A DNA stretch of 61,833 nt, the filler included, from Sluysia triapertura (lineage: Eukaryota), in assembly GCA_046118255.1 (NCBI GenBank). It is 5 parts of 5 records of this genome, joined end to end, with 100 filler letters (N's around TTAATTAATTAA, not from the genome) between each part and the next. Parts side by side here need not be neighbours in the genome. Positions count along the whole stretch, not along the records: positions 1 to 10,887 come from JBJNIA010191996.1; 4 more parts are not named here. One strand, given 5' to 3'. Position 1 is the first letter of the stretch. Each line of letters begins with the position of its first letter. A program made the position numbers and the translations under genes. This document shows positions 1 to 10,987 of the stretch, piece after piece. Below the pieces are notes generated by a model. That model was not told the DNA's origin, did not search any database, and worked only from the letters and a program-made list of their open reading frames with translations.

Positions 1-1313
1 GAATCTTTCGTCATCGCAAATTTGATTAAAGTTTCTGTCAAAGTGGTGCTTGTCGTTGTAAATTTGGTCAAGTGATCATCAAAGTGGTGTTTAACGAAAT
101 AGTATTTTCAAAGGGATATTGATTGGAAATCCTGCTGTGGAATTTTGTGTACTTATTAATCTAAGTAAGCTAATGTTTATAAGAAGCACTGATGAACTCT
201 GCATTAAAATCATTACTTAAAATCTGCTATATCTACACCCAATAATTAATCCTGGGTCAAACTCAAAACTAAAATTTTAAATTGGATATTTATTTATAAT
301 ATTTATTATTTAATATTTCGATTTTCTTGCGTTAAACACTTTTATAAAACTTTGTTCAATAATATTATTTGAGGTTTCGATTTTATTTGTATTAAATAAT
401 TTATACCTTTATTTGATCAGTAATGGAATTTTGTCTCATAGAGTATTTTGTATTTTAGTATTTTGAATGGGATAAAGTATTATTTGTAGTAAATGATAAA
501 ATTTTGTCGAATAAAGTATTGTGTTAATAGAATTCTGTCGAATAAGGTATTTTATTTTCTAATAGTAAGCGAACTAAAATTAGTTAATAAAATCAAATAA
601 AGGTATTTTTCGAAAGTCGAATCAAATTAGCTAAGAAGCTCAAATAAAGTATTAAAGCATTTTTGAATCATATAAGTAGCCAAAAAGTTAGATCTCATAC
701 TTAGAAAAGAGACAATTTATTGTCCTTTAAATTCATTAAACTATATACGATAAACCATATACGATAAATCGTGTTACACAGGCGAACCCATCTTAAATTT
801 CAATTTATAATTGTTCAAAGCTAAGGAAAGCGAACATTAGAAACTAATGATGCAATTTTCCAAATGACGTTGCAAAAAATATCTAGCTTGACGATATACT
901 CAAGAGAATAAACGAATTGTCCTGATAAACTAATTAGAATTAACCACTAATATAAAAAATTTGTTTCACTGTATTAAAAGAGAGAGAGAAAACTGACAAT
1001 CAACTGTATTGAGAGAATATCGACAAATTATTTTCTGTGTGTTTAGTAGTAAACTAATGTGTATTTATATTACTTTTGTTTAGCCTTGAAAAATTTTTAT
1101 TTTAAACAAAATTAATATTTTATTTTTTAAAAATTATTATTTACAATATAATTATACGATAAAATTTTATTCATATATTTTAAACTTTTTGATGCATTTT
1201 AAATATTATTTGAGTATTAATATATATTAAAATATTATTTACAAGATAATGTAATTTATTATTTATTAAAATTGTTGTGTAATTATAATCTAATAATACC
1301 ACATGATAAATGA

Positions 1314-1314
<1 letters not shown>

Positions 1315-1376
<62 letters not shown>

Positions 1377-1432
1377 CTCTGTTATTAATATTACTATTAT
1401 TATTTTTACAATTACTATATTTATTATTATTG
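1315..1432. repeat. (ATT)n microsatellite abutting a scaffold gap (N 1433-1578)
   Basis: Perfect then degenerate ATT triplets; source of the spurious poly-I/L/N ORFs in the track. Confidence 0.95.
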
Positions 1433-2564
1433 NNNNNNNNNNNNNNNNNNNNNNNNNNNNNNNNNNNNNNNNNNNNNNNNNNNNNNNNNNNNNNNNNNNN
1501 NNNNNNNNNNNNNNNNNNNNNNNNNNNNNNNNNNNNNNNNNNNNNNNNNNNNNNNNNNNNNNNNNNNNNNNNNNNNNNCAAATGAATGTCTGATTGTACC
1601 CTTGTACCTTATGAAGAATATGTTTCAATCGTGAAGTGTTGCACTCCCAATAATATTATCCCAATTTAATTTGATGAATTAAATTTATTTATCGAAAATT
1701 GTTTTGTTTTGTATCGAATTTCTGTCGAATATTTTTCCTAAATCGATCTAATTGTAAATTAATTTTTTTAATAAAACCCTTAACCTTTCTGTTAAGTTAA
1801 TTAATGTATAATCTTCAACAATTCGTAAATCTTTTTAATTTTTCCTTCAAAACTGTCTGAAAGAAGTAATCCTTCAGCACAATTGCAACAGCAAAATAAA
1901 ACAATATTGAATTTTCTACATACAAAGCCCAAATATGATAATTCAAGATATAAATTAAATTTTTGTTTTTTGAGACGAAAAAGATTAATATTTTTAATTT
2001 AATTATATTAAGGAAATCCCAAACGACAGAAAAATTCATTGTCATCATTATTTTTTTACTTTTTTTTCCTTTTTTTTCCTTTTTTTTCTTTTGTTATTGA
2101 TTATACAAAAGTAAAATTTTTATATTCATTATTATCGATATTATTATTATTCTTAATTATAAATAGAATTATGTGAATAATTATTAATTATTGAGTTATT
2201 TCAAAATTTCTCTGTGTGTTTTTGATTGGTTGATTGATTGGTTAATTGATTGGTTGGTTGATTGATTGGTTGAATAAAAGTAGTGAAAAAAAGAAAATCT
2301 ATGAATCGAATTTATTACAGGAAATGGCAAAAAACAATTTTTCCAATCGATATTAAGAAAGAATGCAATTAAATCTGGAAGAAGATCACAATAATTAATA
2401 GTTGATGTATGTTTAATATAATAAAAAAAGTATAAAAAAATTGATATATTATTACAAAAACGGTAAAATTGGAAATAAATATTATAAATTATAAAATTTA
2501 TGATCGACCACTGTGCTATTTAACATTTTCTTAGGTCTGTAACTCAGCAAATTAATATTTTTGA

Positions 2565-2751
2565 ATATATGACAGAGTTTCGCCCTTATTTCAATTGTAC
2601 CATATTTGTGTTGGGGTAAAAAGGCCTAAGGTGCCATTTTGTTAAATTGACTATGATAATCTAAAATTGTCAGGCGGGGCTGATAGCTCAGTGGTAGAGC
2701 AATCGAACTGTGCAGCGATGATTCCGGGTTCGATCCCCGGTCAGTCCATTT
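2565..2751 (+). mobile_element. Dispersed repeat: conserved upstream leader plus 3' tRNA-like module (copy 1)
   Basis: Leader AGGCCTAAGGTGCCATTT..AATTGACTATGATAAT..AAAATTGT is shared with copies at 7109-7310 (-) and 35371-35463 (+). Confidence 0.7.
2677..2748 (+). tRNA. tRNA-like module (pseudo-tRNA or SINE-like), copy 1 of a dispersed repeat
   Basis: 72 nt: acceptor GGGCTGA/TCAGTCC-A, D arm GCTC-AGTGGTA-GAGC (A box), T arm CCGGG-TTCGATC-CCCGG (B box), followed by TTT. Anticodon arm pairs poorly (ATCG-10 nt-CGAT), so identity is unassigned and it is probably not a functional tRNA. Confidence 0.7.
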
Positions 2752-2864
2752 GTATATTAGTTTCTGGCTTCTGGTTGCTTTTCGATGTTCTTTCAGTTGA
2801 AACATGAGAATATTTGAAGTATAAAAAGATCATTTTCAAACTGAAACACACCACATTTACATAA

Positions 2865-3330
2865 TAATGTTAATATATTAATGTATATTTCGCTCATATC
2901 TACTCCAAATAAGTATTAAAAAGGGCTTAAAAAATCATTCACTCTAATATTTCTGAAACAGAAAGAACTTTGCCTTTTTCTTAAATATTTCAAAATCTTC
3001 CAGTAATTTGACATTCTCTGGTAGTACTGGTTGTATATTTTTGAAACATAAACGGTATACAACCTATCATCTATATCAATGTGGATTTTGTATAGATTAT
3101 TATTGTCTCAATGAAGTATATTCATCTTTTCCAAATTTTTTTATTATTACTAAAAGATATTAGCACTTCCGTAATGTAAGCATTTTTAAATTATTGTCAT
3201 GATTTTTTTATTGGCAACCACTTTAATTCTTTAAGATAAGGTGTTACATGAGACCTTCTTTCCACCTGAAGAGTTAGTCTATATATATATGGTTGGCTTA
3301 TGAAAATTTATTTTAAATAGACGGTATTAT
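2865..3330 (-). mobile_element. L2-type LINE 3' fragment (decayed)
   Basis: Minus strand encodes SHVTPYLKELKWLPI and LPENVKLLEDFEIFKKK; nucleotide match to the ORF end and 3' UTR at about 45500-45900. Confidence 0.8.
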
Positions 3331-6329
3331 AGGATATTTGATTGTAATTCGTTTGGTAATCGGTCAATAATAACGTAGCTGTATGTCTTTCTTGCCTAAT
3401 CTGTTCGATCTAATTTGTACGAGATGAAGTGCAAATATTCAACTATTATCAGATTTAATTCTTCAATTTCCAATAACAAAAACTAATTAATACTTAAGAT
3501 TTATTTACAACACTAAAAATGTATAGACAATATTACGAAATAAAACTGAATGCACATATAAATAATTTTGAAAACTTCAATAATCTTTTCAAATGATTTA
3601 AAAAACTTTAACTTTGTATTCAATTAAAACTTTATACTTTACTTAAATTATATATATAAACAAATTACCAAGTTATATCTTCAATGATGAGCAACGTAGT
3701 GTGTGCTCAGCAATAATCAGCATTGTATGTATATTCAATATCGAATCTCCTAATTTTTTACATATTGTTTCAGTAATAATCGCTTGTTTATAGACTAATT
3801 TTTCTATAATTTATTTCCTTTGTATAATGTACGCATTTTGCTCAGCCTTGTATTATTTATGTAAACTACTTTAATTATTAGAAGCTATTTATTTTCAATT
3901 AACTTTAATTATAGATTATAAATTAAAAAGTTTGTTTAGTTAATTAACTGATTTTCGATTATTTATTTTTGATTAACTTGATTGCCTGATTAGATTTTAA
4001 CATTTAACATTTTGTTAATTATAGTAATTGATTTTTATAGCATGGCTATTGGTTATTTTCAATTGATTGATTTGAGGTTGCATATGAATTAGGGTAGGTC
4101 AATTTTCGTAATGGATTGATAAGTGTTGATTTGCTTAGGAATAATAAAAATCAACTCAAAAACTTTTTATACAGAATACTTTTTTTGCGAATTTGACTTC
4201 AGAGATAACGCAGCCATAGAAAAGTTACAGTTTACAGAAAGTGACATTAAGTTTAAAAACCTAAAATTTAGAGGAGTCTATATCAGAACTGTAACAAGCC
4301 CAGGCGAAAGAGCACACTGGACTGTTCTGCAGTACTTTATTTTGTTTCATTCTGTTTTAGAGAGATGTGGGAAAATAATGAAATCACCTTTTAAGCGAGT
4401 AAGACTGCAACAACAGTTACAATGTTACATTGTTACCATAGCACCTTCTATAATACTATTCCCTGAAAACAGCGTACGGTACAGTTACGTTATATATCTT
4501 CTGATCTAATTAACTCTTCTTACATATGTATTCATTTAACAGATAAGGAATAAATTGTAGAACCAAGGTATAGATTTGTGTTGGTAGGACATTGTTGCCG
4601 TTATTTTTCCCCAATGTTTTTATTGTCGTACTGATTGATGTATATACTTTGCTATATTCTATTGTACCTTCTGCACAATCTGTTCTTACCTAATTTAGTT
4701 TATTATATGTTTTATTAAATCAACTTTTGGTATGACCACGTATGTTGTATTGTCCATACATTAGTTCCATCATTATTTCTATTATTGTGAAATTTAAAAA
4801 AATATTTTAATTGTTCTTAAGATTTATAATTCGAATAATAATACTTTTATAATAATATTTTATAATAATAATATTTTTATAGTTATTGCAAGGTTTAACT
4901 TACATTTCTCGTTTTATACAAACTATTCAATACTTATTCTTTATAATTCTTTTTACTGACTGAGATATTTAATTTGTTTATTTTCAACCAATCTTTTTCT
5001 TAATTAAAGTTAAACTCATATAAATCCTATCTTTTCGCTTAATTTATTCGACACCTCTTTTATAAATTTAATTTTGAGGATTGAGTTCAATACTGGTGTC
5101 TGTTTTTAAAGATGGAAGTGATTATTTTAAACTTTCGAAATCATATTTTTCAATCCCTTATGGTAATCAACAAAACTCTAAACTTTATGAAAACAATGTA
5201 AAAATATCATAAACACAATATCCAAATGATATTAATGTAAATAAAATTAATAATAACACGCCGAATAATACGACATCGAATGTGCAGTCATACTAAATAT
5301 TGTTAATTTACCAAATGGTTCAAAATCTTATTGAACACTCCAATATTGTTGATTTGGCGAATATCGAATGTCGTAATTCAATATATATAACTTTACTTAA
5401 TTTAAGGGTATAATTTATTATTAATGTAAGCTTCTACTGATTCATTCTACAAGTGATATCTATATTATGTACGTTAAACTTAGCTTATCTGGAAGTATGA
5501 ATTCGAACACTCGCCTCGGATGGAAGTGCTTCGTAATAATCAATTTCAAAGTGAAGTTTAATAAATTTTGTTTGTCCTTAGCTTGTACTGTATTTTGTCA
5601 AACTTTTAAGTCTTATATCACTTTGTCTTTCTACAAAATTTTGTTTATTTAAAATCGTATTCTTTTAAAACCTTTTGACTTTATCGAATTTTGTTTTTAT
5701 TCTGTGCAGTTTTACTACAGAAACTCAATAAGATTTCAATAATTTTATTTCATATCAAAACAATTAACAAAGTGCAGTTACAATAATACAATGATTATTT
5801 TTATTTTTTATATTTATGGGAATAATCAAAACTTTAATTCATTAGCTTCAACCAATAAGTAATTTGATTTAATGATAATAATCATCAAGGTGCCGTCAAG
5901 TAAATTCAATTCAATAAATTTCGATTCAATGATGATAGTGATGTAGAATAAATGTAGCTTCAATCAATACTTTAGACATTTTCAACTCACTGAATGATTC
6001 TTTTTTTCCTGCTAAATTTATTCGAAGTTTTTGTCATTGGTATTTATACCATTTTTAACATATAATTTCAATTATTTAATCACAACGTAATATTATTTAA
6101 TATATTATAATATTGATTGGTTTTAGTCTGAGTAAACAAATTTAATGTAATATTAGTTTGGATGTAATTATAATATAATATTGATTGTTAATAGTTATCT
6201 ACCGTAATATTATAAATATATTACAGTATAACATTGACTGTTTCCAGTCTGAATTATAAGTGTTAATAATTATTTACAGTAATTTATTTTATGAATGATA
6301 TTTTCTGCCTGAATTTTAATTTAGATTGT

Positions 6330-6780
6330 GTTGTTAAATTTTGATTTCATATTACTTCTATTTAATCACAATTTAGGATGGTTTTAGTCGATCATAATGC
6401 TTTTAAATTTTGATTCCGTATGTCTATTTAATCTTTAATTTAAGTTTAATGTTATTAATTTTTGATTACATACTAATTCTATTTGATCTCAATTTAATAT
6501 GATTTTTTATCATTTCTCGTAATATTCTAAATCATGTTTTTAAGATAATTGTGATCGAGTTTTATGTTCTTGAAGTTTGATTTTATATTATTATTATTAT
6601 TGATTCTTATTTTAAAATAATTTTTTGACTATATTAATAAAGTTTAATGTTTATAATTTTTAATTTAATATTGTCATTATTGAATCTCACATTTTCAATT
6701 TAAAACTTTCAATTGTTATTTGTAACTAAATTTTAAATTTATATCATATCTATGTAATCTCATTTTAAATTTATATAAAA
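6330..6780. repeat. Degenerate AT-rich minisatellite (units of about 50-120 bp)
   Basis: Recurring AAATTTTGATT..ATATTA..TCTATTTAATC.CAATTT motif at about 6336, 6405, 6457, 6575, 6655 and 6728. Confidence 0.5.
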
Positions 6781-7108
6781 GCGTTATAATCTCAGTGATA
6801 ATGATTTTATTGTGAAAATAAATAAATAATTTTAAATAAAAATTCAATAAAAATTGAATGAAAATTTGAAGTTAAAATGAGCATCATTATTATTATTATT
6901 ATTTTAATGATAATTTCTATCATTTTCTAACAATGATTTAATTCGATAGTCGAATTAGCTATCGCCCAAGTAAATAATAATATTCGTCGTGCCTGGAGCA
7001 TCGTGATGCAGTTGGTATGTGTTCATTAAATAAGTAAATAAATAAATGTGTATTATTATCTAAGAACACTGTTACTATTAGTACTTTCGAGTATTGTTAG
7101 TCTTCATA

Positions 7109-7310
7109 AAATGGACTGACTGGGAATCGAATCTGGGCCCTCTCGCTGCTCATTTCGATTCTGTACCACTGAGCTATCAGCTACGTCTAACAATTTTGTT
7201 TTATTATAGTCAATTATACTATCACTATTCTATGACACTTTAGGCCTGTATACAAACGGTATCAATTAGACGTATTGAATTAAAATTAGAATTCTCTTGT
7301 CGTATAAGCT
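7109..7310 (-). mobile_element. Dispersed repeat with tRNA-like 3' module (copy 2)
   Basis: Reverse complement reads AGGCCTAAAGTGTCAT..AATTGACTATAATAAAACAAAATTGTTAGACG-TAGCTGATAGCTCAGTGGTAC..GATTCGATTCCCAGTCAGTCCATTTT; tRNA-like part is 7112-7183. Confidence 0.75.
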
Positions 7311-7362
7311 CTATAATTGATAATGATTATATTAATTATTGAAATAATTATTAATTATTCAG

Positions 7363-10300
7363 ATACGACGTGGACAGTGACAGCGCTCTTCTGGACGATC
7401 ATGTTAGTATTTAATAATCCTATTACAATTGTGTTTATTTTGAGTTTCCAGATTCCCTTGCAATTTCTGACATTTCGCTTCATTCGTTGCACAGAACGCA
7501 GTAATAAACATTCGAGTTCTTATTCGTTTACAGAACGCAGTAATAAACATTCGAGTTCTTATTCGTTGTACAGAACGCAGTAATAAACATTCGAGTTCTT
7601 ATTCGTTGTACAGAACGTAGTAATAAACTTTCGAGTTCTTATTTCTGGTAGTTTCATTATTCGACATCTTTGCAATTTACAAAATATTATAAAGTTGGTT
7701 ATTCCTTGCTTCTCAGTTAAAGATGTATTTTCGATGCACAATGACATTTTTGATTCTATTTATGTTTAATTGTACAATGTTTAAATGACCCTTGGGTACT
7801 TGAGTATTAATTTCAACACTATAATTTTATGTTACCTTTTCCGAAACCCTTTCTATTTCTCTTTCCATAATTATTTTATTTTGTTTTGTGATATTTACTG
7901 TTTTATCGAATGCTTTGTTTAAGGATTTTCTCGGAGAATACGAGTGCAACTTGGGAGAACTGGTGAGCAGATCGAATGTGGAGTCTCATTTACGAGGGTG
8001 AGTAATCTGTGTGACATATTTTATTTTCAATTCAGGCGGGGTGTCAATCGAGGTACAATCTTGTTACGATGTTTCGAGGTGGGTTCTTGCAAAGAGTTGT
8101 TCAGACTCCATTTCCAGGCTTCGCAGTTGGCGAAGAAACGGTGGATTCTGTGGTGGAGCTTTTGCGAGCCGTTTCTGGAAATTTACAGGAGTGTACAGAG
8201 TGTCCAGTTCAATGGGGAGCCCAGCATGAACACACGGAACTTGCTAGTGGTTTTTAATTATTTTAAACATTGTAATCAATCTCGTCTGTGTTTGATGTGC
8301 ACGGTGTCCTTGTTTCAGCGGGATATGATGTTATTTATAAGTAATGAGTAGAGGTAATATCCTGGATTTATAAGTACTGCTAACGAATGAGTAACAGTGA
8401 TGTCGATGGCGACGTCAGGTCTGTAATTAGATTAGGAGTTCATCGATCGGTATATCGAACACACAATTCTCGTTACAGATCTGTCATCGAATCGTGACTA
8501 CTAGTGCTGATAATAATAATGAATAATCATCTCCAGATGTCTCTTTTATCTATTAGGTTAACGATGTCAAAGTACAGTTTTCCTTGAATGAAGTTTGTTT
8601 CTTCGAGATACCAACAACAATTACTAACATTATCAATTTTGATATTAATTTTTCATATTTAAATGTTATGTCGATATTTGATATTTATTTAATTCTGGAC
8701 TTGAAAAGTAACGATCTGTAAGTTTTACTTTATTTTTGTTATTGTTTTGTACTTTCTCTATTCCTAATTCTACGGTTAGTCCAATCCAGAATTCACAAGA
8801 GACTTGTTTACAAATGCTTTTCAGAGTCATTGAAATCTCGTAGTGGACTCTTTCGTTAATAAATATAATTTAAATTAGTAATATTTAGGAAATTTCAATT
8901 AGTTCATCGTACGGAAAGTGTGCCTAATTCAACGAGTCCGCATTGGAAGCCATTCGAAATTCGAAATTGGCGTCTCTGTCAAGGAGATCGTGATTGGCTC
9001 TTGAAAGTCGATTGCTTACACAAATCATCCAGTGGAAAGTAAGTTTATTTTCGTTTATCAAATTGAATTAAATGTTAAAAAATCGATTATTATTATTATT
9101 ACTGATAATTTCAAAGTCAATGATTACACATTTCAACTTCGAGTCTTACTACGATTGTGAATATAAAGTTCAAATATGTTACTTTTTCGACGGTACAGCT
9201 CATGTAAAACATATTTTTATCTTGTAACTGTAACACATTGTAGTAGAAAATGGTCGGTCATTGCTTTGATTAAGATTGGGTTTGTTGACTTTCTCAGGAT
9301 TATTTTAAAATTATTTTTGAAGCTGAGAAAGTATAAACTTTGTAAAACTTTTGCTTTTTATAATCGATGGCTTTTACTTACTTAAATTATTGACTGAGCA
9401 GTTTGAAGCAGTAACAATCTCCAGCTGAAAAATTGTGATTCAAGCTCGGCTCAAACTAAATTAAATAAGATCTGTTCTTAAAATATATAACAATTTCATA
9501 TGTAGCATAATGCAATGGAATATTAAAATTCCGCATTTAAAACAGAATTTATTTTTATTTTAGGATGTTGTACTTACTGTGAAACTTTCGTATATCTCCC
9601 AGTAATATCCAATCAGAATCTTTCCAATTCGAAACTATAAAATATTTCCACCTAAAATTCCGAGTCAAATGTTCCCAATGCCAAGGACAATCCAAGAATT
9701 ACAAATTAAATCAAACTTTTCTCTTAGTTTTACTTATACAATCCTCTTTATGTATTATTTTTTCACAGATTCCAAATTATAGCTATAACTTTTCTCTAAT
9801 AATTAATTTCACGTAATAGCCAATTTTACTCTCTAATTTAATTCGTTGTTTTAATACCCTATCAGATTTGAAAACGGGAATTTCGGTATTAATTATTTTA
9901 GATATCCCGAAATTGTTGCAAGAGAAAAAATAAAATCTGTTTAAACTTAAAGAAAAATTAAAAGAAAATAAGTATATTAACCCAATCGTGATACAACTTG
10001 TGGAGAGCTTTCAATACTTTTATGGCCACAAACATAAATAAACAAGTGGAACAACTTGGAAAAAGGGCTACAAATAAATTGTTCGTACAAAAATTCTACT
10101 TTATTTGTATGGTATGGGATATTTTAATTATTTAAATTAATCAGAAATGGCAAATCGAATAACTTCATTCAATTTCGTCTTGGCAGCGAATTGGTTAATG
10201 TCTTAGAAAATGTCAAGAAAATACTTGAAGCTATTAATTATTGATTCATGTAAAATGTGTCCTCGAAAAGCGCAAATTATCCAAGGTGTCGTCTTTTGAA

Positions 10301-10657
10301 GAAGCTCTTTTTTGTACTTATTCTGCCTGATGTACACTAGTCGCTCTTGATATGCACTATTCATATATCTGTGCATTAGACAAATGCCTCGATAAATAAT
10401 CAAACATCCTTCTGAATAAGCCAGATGCTTACTCACACGGAGATCCTTATGTAAATTCCAGGTACACATTCATGAGCAGTTCACATCATACACTGTCGTA
10501 GGTTTTGTTATCTTTCATCACAATGTGAATTATTAATGTTCTTTTGACTTACAAAATTAATATTTTATTATTAAATTGCAGAAATTATCTCATTGGAAGT
10601 TTTTTCACTTCGGTTAATGACCTGGCTGCAAATGAAGGCAACTACAAGTATTATAAA
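7363..10657 (+). CDS. CPNE: Copine-family protein, partial (end of C2A and C2B; vWA domain lies beyond the contig end)
   Basis: Exons 7363-7402 (YDVDSDSALLDDH), 7924-7997 (DFLGEYECNLGELVSRSNVESHLRG), 8036-~8246 (RGTILLRCFEVGSCKELFRLHFQASQLAKK..EPFLEIYRS; donor unresolved), 8889-9038 (FQLVHRTESVPNSTSPHWKPFEIRNWRLCQGDRDWLLKVDC), 10582-10657 (NYLIGSFFTSVNDL). GT-AG phases agree except at the 8246/8889 junction; matches copine motifs YDVD..HDFLG..C.LGE and LCNGDYDR. Confidence 0.85.
7482..7643. repeat. 40-bp minisatellite, about 4 copies, in a copine intron
   Basis: Head-to-tail unit CAGAACGCAGTAATAAACATTCGAGTTCTTATTCGTTGTA with no spacers. Confidence 0.95.
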
Positions 10658-10816
10658 GTTAGTATTTATTTATTGTTTATTTATTTATTATTTATTTATT
10701 ATTTATTTATTTATTTATTTATTGCACTGAGTGTTTAAATTTTGCCAGTATTAGCAATATCACTTTTCATTTCAATTATTCTGAAGACAGAATAATTGTA
10801 ACTATCTTTTTAGTTG

Positions 10817-10817
<1 letters not shown>

Positions 10818-10887
<70 letters not shown>
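10818..10887. repeat. (AAT)n microsatellite at contig end
   Basis: Perfect AAT run up to the linker. Confidence 0.95.
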
Positions 10888-10987
10888 NNNNNNNNNNNNN
10901 NNNNNNNNNNNNNNNNNNNNNNNNNNNNNNNTTAATTAATTAANNNNNNNNNNNNNNNNNNNNNNNNNNNNNNNNNNNNNNNNNNNN
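10888..10987. other. Artificial contig linker N44-TTAATTAATTAA-N44
   Basis: Palindromic six-frame stop cassette in exactly 100 nt. Confidence 0.95.

Noticed and set aside
1180-1628. Four ORFs with poly-N/I/L and X runs
   Set aside because: Translation of an (ATT)n microsatellite and an N gap
2677-2748. Functional tRNA-His(GTG) gene
   Set aside because: Anticodon stem does not pair canonically and the loop differs in copy 2; it behaves as a repeat
4123-4509. 128-aa ORF
   Set aside because: GTG start, no recognisable motif or exon boundaries
6950-7014. Possible upstream copine exon ending at GTATGT
   Set aside because: No frame gives a C2A-like peptide that I can recognise; unresolved
7482-7643. 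CRISPR-like array
   Set aside because: Units are contiguous with no unique spacers, there are no cas genes, and it lies in a eukaryotic intron
10932-10943. TTAATTAATTAA palindrome as a biological site (piggyBac TTAA or PacI-like)
   Set aside because: Always centred in exactly 44+44 Ns; a synthetic linker
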